From: Yuukianura sp. NJ FZ-2021
Lineage: Eukaryota
Direction of reading: 5' to 3'
Length of the DNA stretch: 64,000 bases
Assembly (NCBI GenBank): GCA_046563655.1
Contig: CM102283.1
Location: 2,108,001 to 2,172,000, forward strand
Part shown: in pieces, positions 1 to 11,100 of the stretch
Numbering within the stretch: position 1 is the stretch's first letter
How the letters are laid out: every line of letters begins with the position of its first letter
Notes under the pieces: model-generated
What the model saw: only the letters and a program-made list of their open reading frames with translations
The model's database searches: none
Told to the model about the DNA's origin: nothing
Translations under genes and position numbers: made by a program

Positions 1-2
1 CG

Positions 3-1604
3 ATGATCAGAGTGCAGGTTGAAGCAGTACTGGAGGTACCAACTGTGCCCGTTGCTCCTGGCGTTACCCAAGGTTCGAGCCGAAGTGGAAGCAGTGGCAG
101 TTTGGGTGAAATGAACAATGTGAAGTTACCGAAGGCTGAATTAAAGAAGTATTCAGGCGAACTTTCAGAGTGGCTTGACTGGTGGTCATCGTTTGAGAAA
201 ATTGACCGTGACACAAGGCTCAACGATGCAGACAAGTTCCACTACCTTGACCAGTGTATGACGAAAGGATCGAAAGCGGCTAAACTGATTTTGCGGTATC
301 CACACACGGCAGAAAATTACAAGAAGGCGGTGGATGCACTGAAGAAACGGTTTGGTGATCCTGATCTACTGTCGCTGATGTATGTGCAGGACTTGATCTC
401 CATGGTGACTAACAAGAATAAGGACAGATTTGATCTTGCTTCTCACTTTGATACGGTGGAGACAAAAATTCAACATCTGGAATCACTGGGACTTACGGTA
501 CGGGAGATGACTGTGTTTCTTTACCCCATGGTAGTAGCCAGTCTCCCAGAAGAAACAGTGATCGCCTGGCAACGTAGTACCAACTATGGAAAAGATTGTA
601 GTGAAGAAGACCCACCACAGACAAGGCTCGACTTTTTGCGGATGTTTCTACAAGAGGAAGTGGAACATGCTGAAAGTCGGGTGGTACTTTGTACCAAGAA
701 AACAGACACTGGAAGACGACAGACCCGGGGAAGGGAGCAGAGTCAAGAAGATGACATCCCTACAGCAGCCGGTCTTTTTAGTGGTTCTAATTCTTGTGTC
801 TTTTGTGATAAAGGTCACGCCAGTCAAGACTGTTTCAAGGCACAGAAGATGACTGACGTGGAACGGAAGGACAAGTTGAAAGAAAAGGGAGCGTGTTGGG
901 CCTGTCTTCGTACCGGTCACTTGCGGGCAAAGTGTACGATCAGCGTCAGATGCTCTAAATGTGGGAAACGTCACTACAAACTGATGTGTAATGGAGACGA
1001 GAAGAAGAAGCCAGTACCAAAGACTGAGTCGACCTCCACTACACAAACCAATCTGAACTGCACGAACGAAGTTCTACTTAAGACTTTGATGGTGAAACTG
1101 GTGAATCCAGTAAATCAGAAAACGAAGAAGGTGAGAGTATTTATTGATGATGGTTCCCAACGTTCCTATATCCTGTCAGGTACTGCAAAGGAGTTGGAGT
1201 TTGAACCAGTCTCGTCTCTCACCATGAACCATCAAGTATTCGGAGGTGGAACTATTCGTGATGTGAAACACGATACGTTTACCGTAACACTCAAGAACAT
1301 GGACGGTTCATTCTCTACTCAGTTCAACGTCATCGACCAAGATCAAATTTGCGGAATTTTGCCTAGAGCAACACAGGGGTCTTGGAAGGCGGAGTTGAAG
1401 AAGAGAGGAATTTCTGTCAATGATGTGGATTCGTCACACCCGGCCAAAGTTGAAGTGCTCCTCGGAGCGGATGTGGTTGGAAGTCTACTTACTGGGAACA
1501 TAGTGAACGTGAAGAGTGGACTTACCGCAATTGAGACTCAGTTTGGTTGGTGTTTAATGGGGCAATCTCATAATGATTTTTCTTTTGTAATCAGGCGACT
1601 GTGA
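3..1604 (+). CDS. BEL/Pao Gag-protease (5'-truncated by the window edge)
   Basis: KLPKAELKKYSGELSEWLDWWSSF (DUF1759-like Gag); knuckles CVFCDKGHASQDC, CWACLRTGHLRAKC, CSKCGKRHYKLMC; protease FIDDGSQRSYI and LLGAD...TQFGW. Confidence 0.93.
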   Translation: MIRVQVEAVLEVPTVPVAPGVTQGSSRSGSSGSLGEMNNVKLPKAELKKYSGELSEWLDWWSSFEKIDRDTRLNDADKFHYLDQCMTKGSKAAKLILRYPHTAENYKKAVDALKKRFGDPDLLSLMYVQDLISMVTNKNKDRFDLASHFDTVETKIQHLESLGLTVREMTVFLYPMVVASLPEETVIAWQRSTNYGKDCSEEDPPQTRLDFLRMFLQEEVEHAESRVVLCTKKTDTGRRQTRGREQSQEDDIPTAAGLFSGSNSCVFCDKGHASQDCFKAQKMTDVERKDKLKEKGACWACLRTGHLRAKCTISVRCSKCGKRHYKLMCNGDEKKKPVPKTESTSTTQTNLNCTNEVLLKTLMVKLVNPVNQKTKKVRVFIDDGSQRSYILSGTAKELEFEPVSSLTMNHQVFGGGTIRDVKHDTFTVTLKNMDGSFSTQFNVIDQDQICGILPRATQGSWKAELKKRGISVNDVDSSHPAKVEVLLGADVVGSLLTGNIVNVKSGLTAIETQFGWCLMGQSHNDFSFVIRRL

Positions 1605-4600
1605 TGACTGTTTTGTCAATGGGAGTTTCCAGTGCATCAGTGACTGAACTTTGGAACTTGGATACATTGGGAATTCGTGATCCAATTGAAATTCAGACGA
1701 AAGAAGAACGGGATAAGTTGACATACGACCACTTCATAGAAACTGTACAACGTGATGACAGCGGCCGTTACTCAATTTGTCTCCCGTGGATTGACAGGGA
1801 ACTGAAGATTCCGACAAACAGGCTGGTGGCAGAGAAGAGACTAGAGACTACCACCAGGAAATTGAAGTCGCTTGGGAAGCTGGACGATTATGGTGCGATC
1901 TTCAAAATGTGGGAGAAAGACGGAATCATCTCTCAAATTCGTGATGTTGAAGACGGGGGGAAGGGGAAGATTCATTACTTGCCTCATCGTGCGGTGTTAA
2001 AATTGGAAAGTAGCACCACACCCATACGACCCGTCTTCGATGCTTCCTGTAAGGTTGGAAGGGCCCCGTCACTGAACGAGTGTTTGGAAAAAGGGCCCAA
2101 CTTGTTAGAAGTCATTCCGGCGATCCTTCTGCGATTCCGGATGAAGAACGTTGGTGTTATCTCCGACATCCGTAAGGCCTTCCTTCAAATTCAAGTTCAG
2201 GAGCAAGATCGAGATTCTCTTCGTTTCCTATGGTGGGAAGATCCAGGACAGGAGAAATTGACTGTTTTTCGTCACAATCGTGTCGTATTTGGAGTGAACA
2301 GTTCTCCATTTTTGTTAAGTGCAGTGATTAATTTTCATTTGTCTCAACAGGAGTCACAGCATTTGGACATTGTGAGAGAATTACAGAAGTCACTCTATGT
2401 CGACAATTGTGTTGTGTCTTTGGACTCAGTGGAGTGTTACAAAAAGTTCAAAGCAGAAGCCACAAAGCTTTTGGCAACAGCAAAAATGGACTTGACCCAA
2501 TGGGAATCTACGGGTGATGATGGAGTGACAAGTGTTCTTGGCCTAAAGTGGGACAAGAGAGCAGACACTTTGTTTTGTGCTCCGTTGAAAGACGAATGTT
2601 TATTGCAAGTTACTAAAAGAATTGTTCTTTCTAGAATTCAACAGGTCTTTGATCCACTGGGATTCTTGGCACCTGTCATGATTTTGCCGAAGCTCCTACT
2701 ACAAAGGTCATGGATTGAAAATCGAAAGTGGGAGGACGAGGTGAATGAAGAGGCAAAAACAGAATTTTGCGCATGGTGGGAAGAATTGTTGCCAGTTCTC
2801 GAAACATTCAGACTCCCGAGGAAGTGCACTGGATCAGCCGACGACGAAGGAGAATTTCAACTCCATGTCTTTTCTGACGCAAGTCAACACGCTTACGCGG
2901 CTGTCGTGTATCTTCGGGTGGAAACGACCAACGGGGTGGAAGTTCGTCTAATTCAAGCGAAGTCGCGAGTTGCTCCATTGAAGAAGACGACTATTCCTCG
3001 TTTGGAACTACTCTCATGCGCCATTGCTGCTCGTCTTGCCAATTCTGTGAAGGGGGCGTTGGACATGGAGAAGATTCCCATCCGCTACTGGACAGACTCG
3101 ACTACAGCGCTACAATGGATTAGGCGTAGTGACGAGTGGGGGACATTTGTGGGAAATCGCGTAAGAGAAATTGTAAGCCTAACTGAAGTTTCGACTTGGC
3201 ATCACGTTCCAGGCCTACTGAACCCGGCAGATCTACCATCCAGAGGAGTCACTCCGAAGAAGTTCAAGGAGATGAAATTCTGGTGGGAAGGGCCGTCGTG
3301 GCTGAAATTGAAAGAAAGTGAATGGCCAAGTGCAGAACCACATGCTGATGAAGATGAAGTTGGACGGGAGAAGAGAAGATCGACCGTTACACTGGCAGTC
3401 AACTCTTCAGTACCAGTGTGGTATACTCCTAAAAATTCCTATTTCGGAAATTTACGTGTTTTCGCCTATGCTCTCAGGTTCGTCGACAAGTTGTGGAAAA
3501 GAAGTTCTGAAAATAGTCGAGTACCGTCAGCCTGGGAGACTCAGAGGTCCGAGCAAGAAATATGGAAACTTGTTCAATCAGAATCGTTCTCAAGTGATGT
3601 CAGACTGATTGACGGAATCAAAGTTGAGCGGGATGAACTGGGGTTAGTACGAGTACGGACGAAGATTTTAAATCGACAAGACACAGAAGATTTTCGTTGC
3701 CCGATCCTCGTGCCGAGCTCTCATCCACTCACAGAACAATTGATTATGGACTGGCACAAGATCAACTGTCATGCTGGAGTGCAGTTCGTTTTGTGTTCTC
3801 TTCGCGAAAAATTCTGGATTTTGAAAGGGCGACAAACTGTGAAGAAAGTGCTAAAGAAGTGTGTTAAGTGTCAACGTTTCACTTCCAAGAACTTTGATGT
3901 ACCGTCTGCACCTCTACCAGAAAATCGAGTCAAGGACACATGCGCATTTAGCGTTACAGGAGTGGATTTGGCCGGTCCGTTACTTCTGAAGGCCAAGAGT
4001 AAGGTCTGGATCGTCATCTTCACATGCGCTGTGTATCGTGCAGTTCACTTGGAACTGGTGGACAGTTTGTCGACAAATGATTTTGTTCTTGCCTTCATCC
4101 GTTTTTGCAAAAGGAAGACCCGGCCTAGTACAGTCTACAGTGACAACGGTACTAATTTTCATGGTGCCGTTAATCTCTTCAAGCAAATTGACTGGGCGGA
4201 GGTGGAGCAAAGGACAAAGGAACAGCAAATTCAGTGGATCTTCAATCCACCGGCAGCACCTTGGTGGGGTGGATGGTGGGAGCGACTTATTCGGTCGCTC
4301 AAGGACCTACTCAAGAGGATGCTCGGGTTCCGGAAGTTGAACAAAGTTGAGCTCGAGACCTGCTTGTGTGAAGTAGAGGACACCATCAACCACAGGCCGC
4401 TGACTTTCGTAACGGAAGATGTACAAGATTTGATCCCTCTAACACCAGCCATGTTTATTCACAATCTTCCGGTAAGTGAGGTTCCAGAATCTCAAATTGT
4501 AACCGGTTCTGATTTCAACAGGAAGAGCAAGAGGCTGGACAAAATGTTGGAGGAGTTACGACAACGTTTTCGTAAGGAGTACTTGGGACTTCTTGTGCAA

Positions 4601-4972
4601 CGAGGAAAACAGAAAATCAGAGAATTTGTCGTTGGTGACTGCGTCCTGATTGGCAGAGAGGACGTTAAGCGGATCCTTTGGCCAATGGGGATAATTGAAG
4701 AATTGATCAGTGGAAAAGATGGGGTTCATCGGGTGGCCAAATTGCGGACGAAGAATGGGATTTTGGTTCGCCCACTACAGAGACTTTTTCCGTTGGAATT
4801 TGACCGAGACTACCCGACTGGTGAACTTTCCCTTGACTTGGAACTGGAAATGGCTGCTCAAGACTCGGATGAAGAGGAAGACGTCGAAACAGAAGATCCG
4901 GAGCAACCAGTGATAACGACTACTCGAAGTGGACGCACTGTTCGTAAGCCCGTAAGGTACTGCGACTACTGA
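1601..4972 (+). CDS. BEL/Pao Pol (RT, Pao RNase H, integrase)
   Basis: YLPHRAV...RPVFDAS, SDIRKAFLQI, FGVNSSPF, LYVDN; FSDAS, TIPRLEL, NPADLPSRG; HHCC zinc finger, GVDLAGP, SDNGTNF, PWWGGWWERL; terminal TTRSGRTVRKPVRY motif. Confidence 0.96.
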   Translation: MMTVLSMGVSSASVTELWNLDTLGIRDPIEIQTKEERDKLTYDHFIETVQRDDSGRYSICLPWIDRELKIPTNRLVAEKRLETTTRKLKSLGKLDDYGAIFKMWEKDGIISQIRDVEDGGKGKIHYLPHRAVLKLESSTTPIRPVFDASCKVGRAPSLNECLEKGPNLLEVIPAILLRFRMKNVGVISDIRKAFLQIQVQEQDRDSLRFLWWEDPGQEKLTVFRHNRVVFGVNSSPFLLSAVINFHLSQQESQHLDIVRELQKSLYVDNCVVSLDSVECYKKFKAEATKLLATAKMDLTQWESTGDDGVTSVLGLKWDKRADTLFCAPLKDECLLQVTKRIVLSRIQQVFDPLGFLAPVMILPKLLLQRSWIENRKWEDEVNEEAKTEFCAWWEELLPVLETFRLPRKCTGSADDEGEFQLHVFSDASQHAYAAVVYLRVETTNGVEVRLIQAKSRVAPLKKTTIPRLELLSCAIAARLANSVKGALDMEKIPIRYWTDSTTALQWIRRSDEWGTFVGNRVREIVSLTEVSTWHHVPGLLNPADLPSRGVTPKKFKEMKFWWEGPSWLKLKESEWPSAEPHADEDEVGREKRRSTVTLAVNSSVPVWYTPKNSYFGNLRVFAYALRFVDKLWKRSSENSRVPSAWETQRSEQEIWKLVQSESFSSDVRLIDGIKVERDELGLVRVRTKILNRQDTEDFRCPILVPSSHPLTEQLIMDWHKINCHAGVQFVLCSLREKFWILKGRQTVKKVLKKCVKCQRFTSKNFDVPSAPLPENRVKDTCAFSVTGVDLAGPLLLKAKSKVWIVIFTCAVYRAVHLELVDSLSTNDFVLAFIRFCKRKTRPSTVYSDNGTNFHGAVNLFKQIDWAEVEQRTKEQQIQWIFNPPAAPWWGGWWERLIRSLKDLLKRMLGFRKLNKVELETCLCEVEDTINHRPLTFVTEDVQDLIPLTPAMFIHNLPVSEVPESQIVTGSDFNRKSKRLDKMLEELRQRFRKEYLGLLVQRGKQKIREFVVGDCVLIGREDVKRILWPMGIIEELISGKDGVHRVAKLRTKNGILVRPLQRLFPLEFDRDYPTGELSLDLELEMAAQDSDEEEDVETEDPEQPVITTTRSGRTVRKPVRYCDY

Positions 4973-4984
4973 TAGTTTTAAGCT

Positions 4985-5075
4985 TTTTTCAGTTCATCCT
5001 AAATACTAGTTTTAAGTTTTCAGTTCATCCTAAATACTAGTTTTAAGATTTTCTGATCGACCTAAATTTAATTTT
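4985..5075 (+). repeat. ~31-bp tandem duplication in the retrotransposon 3' UTR
   Basis: ttttcagttcatcctaaatactagttttaag occurs twice, plus a degenerate third copy. Confidence 0.8.
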
Positions 5076-5140
5076 AAGTTTAAAGTTAACGTTTGGGTTT
5101 GTTGTTTTCTTTGACTTCCCAGCCAAAGAAGGTGGGAATG

Positions 5141-5449
5141 TGTTAGAAATTAAGGTTAATTTTAATTATGGATTTTAAGTTAAAAACCAGCGCCAGATTT
5201 GTTTTGTTATTTTTGAGAAAGAGGCGCTCGATTTGAAATGGCGTTTTTTCCTGGCGTGTCTTTGAATTGGAATTTTGTGTGTTAAGATTTTTAGTAGGAT
5301 TGTGGATATTAAGAAAAGAAAAAGGAATTTGGTCAATTGGTTAAATTTTCAGAATAAGTAAAATAAATGTTTCAAAATCAATTCTCGTGACTGCTTCGGT
5401 CCAACGAACGAAAATTACTTCTTCTCGGGGAGAGATTAAGGATTTAACA
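5141..5449 (+). repeat. 3' LTR of the BEL/Pao element (~309 bp)
   Basis: Starts TGTTAG directly after the PPT aaagaaggtgggaa; contains AATAAA (~5362); ends TTAACA at 5449. The right boundary is inferred because the 5' LTR is outside the window. Confidence 0.7.
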
Positions 5450-6102
5450 GCAGTGTTTTCCCCACTTTCTCACCCCCCCCCCCCCCCGATGCAAATGGGG
5501 GTGAGGTCAAGCAGAGATGTGAAGAGGTAGGATATGGATAAATGAACAACAGAAGGAATGGGCACTGGACAGTGCATGGGTGTGTTGGTGAACTGCTGCG
5601 TAGTACATTTTTTGCTAAGCAGAAAACCAACTCCCATGCCATTTACCTTTCCAGTCCCACAAGCAGAGTTTTTATACCCACACTTCCTCCATCTAACAAT
5701 TCACGTGAACTTTGAGATCGATTTTGACCCGGAATGAGGTCACTGACGGGAATGATTTTGCAAACTTGATCTCACCCGGGTCATTAGCTGTTAAATGGTG
5801 AAAACCGGAACGAAATCGATCCAGTAGTTTCCGAGATAATTGTGCGGATATTTTCACCTTTTTCAATGGTGTTACCTATGCCAAGACGGAAAACGCGATG
5901 ACGGACAGGCTTTTCTTACGGGGCAAGACGGAAAACGCAATGACAATGCTTTCTGCTATGCCAAGACGGAAAACGCAATGACAATGCTTTCTGCTATGCC
6001 AAGACGGAAAACGCGATGACGGACCGGCTTTCCTTATGGGGACAAGACGGAAAACGTGATGACGGACAAAAACACATTTATAAAGTAGCTAAAGCTACTT
6101 AA
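5450..6102 (-). mobile_element. Non-autonomous Helentron/HINE (DINE-1-like) element, probably interrupted by the BEL insertion
   Basis: Minus strand starts TTAAGTAGCTTTAGCTACTTTAT (palindromic end). Its core ATCTCGGAAACTACTGGATCGATTTCGTTCCGGTTTTCACCA is shared with the 23672 element. Internal ~38-43 bp tandem repeats caagacggaaaacgc.. at 5880-6065. Confidence 0.65.
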
Positions 6103-7999
6103 CAATGGACAAAAGCATTGGCCAGTACCGTAAAGGTACAAGTAACTACCCTAGTGCCCTATTTCCAAGTTTCCAATCTGAGAACTTCGTAAACATGATA
6201 CATGAACTGCATTTCTTTATACGTAATCAAAATTTCATAGTAATAATACGCATTTATGAATTAGGTTTTTAGCACATAATACATAATGTACCAGCAGCTT
6301 TTGAAAGTTTACGGTAAACTACGATAAAAATTTCAGATTTTCCGGCAACTGAGAGCAAACATTTTGAGACATACTACGGTAACTATGTATTCTTCTTTCT
6401 TCCCAATTTTCAGTGCAAAATGTTTGTATAGTTTACGGTAAATTTGGAAAATTTGAGATTTTACGGTAAAGATATATGCGTACTATGTATTGTTGATAAT
6501 TGCGTTGTTGAATGTAGACACCGTTTCGACGAATACTAGGAATTTTACGGTAACAATACATTTGTAAGGTTCGTTCATTTTGGGGAACTACACGATGAGT
6601 AGAGAATTTTGGTGGTATTGGTGCACATTGAGGTGTTTTACTGTAGAATTCCCAAAGTGCATTTCCGGTTCCAGGATTCCGGGTTCTTATAGGATGCTTT
6701 ACGGTAACATCGCACTGAGAGTCCGTTTTGAGGTGGGAGAAGATGAGTAAAAGGTACTTCTCATGTATGCTACCTTGTCATAAGTTGAAGCAGAGGGGTA
6801 TAAGTGTTGTTCCAGAAGATGCAAGTGGTTGGTAATCAGATTGTAAAGTTCTCGTATCCAAAGGAAAAGTATTTAACCTTGCATACCAGTCTCCATTTTT
6901 TCGACTATTCACCCACCCCCTTTTAAATCTCTGTTGGGGAGACAGGCAGACAGACACAATGGGATTTCTGCTTATTCTGAACCTCTTGGGGGGATGGACG
7001 GAGGAGAGTGAAAACTTGACATTCAACTTCAAGCAATTCTTATGTCACTAGTCCAATCCTACCCACCATCACAAGAGTGTATGCGCAAACGTGGAGACGA
7101 AATTAAAAAACAATAGTTTATTTCAAAAATTTTTAAATTTCAGAAAATCTGGAATTCGACCGGCAATAATTCAAATTTCCGAGTTGTATTCAATGTTACA
7201 TAATTCTGGAATGTAGAGGTCATTGACCTCAGTACCGACAGTGTCACTTTGCAGTGTCAAGTTTGAAACTGTTAACTGGTGAAAACATTGCAAATTTGAA
7301 ATTTGAAATTTCATAATTTTTTTGCTTTATACAAATGTTGTCCAACATGAGTTGTGAAGATCTTTGGCATCACTTGAGGAATTAGCTCGTTTTGGTATGG
7401 TTTACTTTTTTTAGTTTTTGTTGTGTAAATTTTGATATTTTTTTAACTTTAGTTGATGTATTATTTGCTGCTGCTTTGAATGAAATTGAGTTAATTATCT
7501 TTGTACGTGAGAATTGGACAATTGGGAACATATCCAATTGAAAAGTGGTGGTAAATTGGTTTTTGCAGGAGAGAGTGCAAGTTCAATTTGTTAGAGTATT
7601 CTGGCACAGAAGATAAATTTGTAATTACCACCTAATCAACACGCAATATTTTAAAACGACGCTCACCACATTCCGAACCAACCAACCTTTCTCTGTTTCA
7701 CTCCGCCCCGTAATTTATTACTTTGCAAAATAATCTCGTTCCAAACATTATGTATGTAAATCTAAAACGTCAGATAGAATATTGAAAATCCAAATTTTTT
7801 CAGAAGGTTGAGTCATAACTACATAGTAAAGTGGGGAAAGATGAGACTATGTCTGTGTGTAGCTTCTTTACAGATATGTTACCCAAATATACGCATACAT
7901 ACCTACGTTACTTGAAGAGTTTTGTTAGAGTTAGAGTGCCATGATATGTAATTTATTAGAGTAAATCAAAGTTCGTAAACCAAGAAAATGTTTTTTCTA

Positions 8000-8165
8000 C
8001 ACCAGGTTGTCCTGGTGTACGCCGGGTTTCTCAATTTTGCCAAAATTTTCAAAAACCAAACGGGTTAAAAATTGCCTCAATTTCAATCACAATTTTGATT
8101 TTTTTTTGCTGAAAGTTATTTGAAGCAAGATTTTTGAAAACCCCGAGTTATTGGACAACCTGTTG
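8000..8165. mobile_element. Tc1/mariner-type MITE
   Basis: ta|caccaggttgtcc ... ggacaacctgttg|ta: imperfect TIRs flanked by TA. Confidence 0.55.
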
Positions 8166-11100
8166 TAGAAAATACAATTCCGTAGTCAAGTAACCTTGGA
8201 GTAAATTGCGAAATACAAAATTCTTTACTATATAATGTTGTCAATATTTGCGAATTGCGGGTTGTAACTTTTTTTACGTGGTATGGTTTGAGAACAATTT
8301 ATTCGTAACCAAGGTATATTTGTGGTATGTGCGTATGTTAGTCTGTTCGGCCCTTCCAGTGCCCGAGGACAAATGTGAATCCTATTCATTCAATTAAAAT
8401 AACTCTTAAGAAATGTTGTTTAAAACTGAACAACTGAAAAGAGAGCGTTTAACGGGTGATGGGAAATTAATTTTCGACTCGTAATTTGAGAAGATTCGAT
8501 AATTACAGTCCTCTCCCCTTCTGCTCCCCAGACACATACGATCCCACAGGAACGAAAAGGAGACAGGTTGGGCTCCGAGCTATGTCTCGGCGGGTTCGAT
8601 CCCCGGTCTAGGCACTTTTTTTATTTAGGTCCACTATACATATCCTACGCACCAAGTCCCAGGTCAAGGTTCAAACTTTTAAACGGTTGGAATCCAAGGG
8701 CCTTCCTTTTTATTTATTAAGGGCCTCTGCGTAGGTTGTGCAATTATGGAAAGTTGGGAGCCCTTAAGGCCCAGCATTCAATCGTGACTTGAGTTCTCAT
8801 GTCTACCGTTCAGAAGTGAATCATCTATGGGCAGGGTTAAGGTAACCGTTGGAATGTTTCTGTTTAAAAATTTTGAAAAAAAAAAAAAGTTTAAAAGTTT
8901 TGAAAATACGGATGTTCACACCAGTGTCTTATTTTATGATGATGTGAATAGAACCCTTGAAAAGTCTAGAATCTTCGGAGGGCCCTTAACCCCTTTGGTA
9001 CCCTTAGCTTTATATTAAGCCAAAACGCTTTCATCTTAACTCAACATACACGAAGGGCACGCAACTGGTCCTTTCAGTCTTTGCCCGTATCTGCTTCCGT
9101 TCAGTGCTCAAGTCAAAGTTTTAGGCAAAAATCATTCTGTTCAAAGGTCAAGGTCAAAGGTCACGCTTTTTAGCTAGTTAAGTGGTTTCTTCTTCCTAAA
9201 ACATCAAATCCACTTAGACATAAATTGATTATTCACAGTTGACATTTGGTTAAGGGTACTTCAAGGTCATTGACCCGGACAAACCTGTCACTTGTGTCTA
9301 AGGTAGCCAAGGGACCCTCACGATAGTATGAACGTGCTCCAGAATTCTTGTAAGGCATTAAGTACCTACGTTAAGTTAGCCTAACCGTTGTGTTTTTCCG
9401 TTAACATGCGTTAAGGGCCCTAGTCAAGGGTCCCTAGTCTCCTGGAAGTAAAGTTCAAGTGCCTCTTCTCTTGATTTGTGCCTGTGACTCACAATGGTAA
9501 GATTACAACACTTGATGTCCAGTAGGAACAATATTTTTAAATGTTGGAGGTCATAAATCAAAAGACAGGATTGTTATATTCTGTGGGAGATTTTTAAATG
9601 CGGGAGAATTTGAGTAAAGTAGAAAAGACGGGATTAAAAATTTTCAAAAACGAGAAAAAAACTAGAAAAGTTTTTAGATTGTACCTTGCTCTTCAGTTGT
9701 TTGGTGGGAATTTTTGAATTTAGGAAGAGGAAACGGACGTAGGTTTTTTTTTGTTCATGTGTAAAGTGGGCATTAATTAATGTCTTGTCCAAAATTACTC
9801 AACAATTCATTTTTTCCAAAAAAAAATCTTCATGAAGTAATCTTAAGCTTCTTCATCCGGTTAACAACCAACTTCCAGAAGCTTTTGTGTGCTAATACGA
9901 CGTACATTTGTCCAGATTAACTTTTCGAAATCAGTTTGAGAAAAAATTATGAATTAAAAGACAATTTTCAAAAGCTTTTGGGAGTTTAGTAAAAAAAAAA
10001 TTTAGCAGTCTAACTTGTTGATTTGCTGCCTCTTTGTGTATCAAGGCTTGGCTGTTATACACATTCTGTTTCTTTAAATCTGAAATTTGTTATGTGTTTT
10101 TTTTCTTTCTTTTTTTTTCAAAATTTTGAATGGCAATTTTTGACTGGTTGTTTAAAGATAGCTTAGACACAGCAGTGAATACAGCCACTTTGTAAATTTT
10201 TTTTTTCATAATTTTGCCATTTATACTTCCATACATTCTCAGGGAGTATGTAATTTGCAAAATGTGAATTAATTTTGAAACTTGATTCCTCTTTTGAATG
10301 GATATGATGAGCTACCTGGTAATTTTTGCACAAAGTGCAAATTTTTTCACAGAGTGCAAATTTTTCTATACAAGAGTTAAGCACTTGTGGAACCTCTTCT
10401 CAAAAATCCATTGTTCTGGGTTTCCTCCCACTTCAATTTTTTGTGGTACCAACTGGATTCCGATTTTTGCAAAAATGGAAAGGCAAAAAACGTTTTTAGC
10501 ATCTTTGTGAAATACACTTCGGTGCAAGCCACATCGACTCTGTTAGCGTAACAAGTATGCCAATTTGAATTTTCGCCATTTTTTGGCGCGTAGTGCAAAA
10601 TCAGATTTTGCAAAGTCGGGCTTTTCTACTACCCCATCCTTAGGATATTGATTAATGAGATGACTGACCTCAAGTGAAGCACTTTTTTGCGAATTTAAGT
10701 TAAGGAGGAGATGACGATGAGCAACCAAAAATTTTGAGCACAAACACGTTTTCAGGGAGTTTTTTTTCTCTTTTCTTGCACTTTTGTTGTTTTGGAGGAT
10801 GCAAATCCATTTAATGTCTAACTCTTTTTTTCTTTATGAATGAATGAAAGGTGGCAACTTTTCGGAAAAGAGTTTCATTTTATGGAAATTGTGGTAGGTG
10901 ATAACATTTTTGTGAATTTTGAATTTGAACAAAAGAAATTTTCTGAAAAAAACTTATTTATTGCAGTGATTCATCTTCCCAAGTCACAACATTCTGATTT
11001 TGCATAAACGAGATTGCGAATCATAAATTTTGCAAAAATTGCAAATTGTTTGCAGTAATTGCCAAAATAATGAAAATGAGGAGCGTATTGCTGAAAACAC

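Larger units (their letters stand above)
1..5449 (+). mobile_element. BEL/Pao LTR retrotransposon, 5' end outside the window
   Basis: Gag with three Cys/His knuckles, then protease, RT, RNase H, integrase in BEL/Pao order; polypurine tract at ~5124-5138; 3' LTR TGTTA...TAACA. Confidence 0.96.

Noticed and set aside
5692..5698. Alternative LTR end TCTAACA
   Set aside because: The intervening sequence looks like part of the Helentron-like host. 5449 is preferred, but this cannot be settled without the 5' LTR.
6778..7032. Possible Penelope GIY-YIG remnant (LWIRELY in an alternative minus frame)
   Set aside because: The similarity is too short and broken to support a call.
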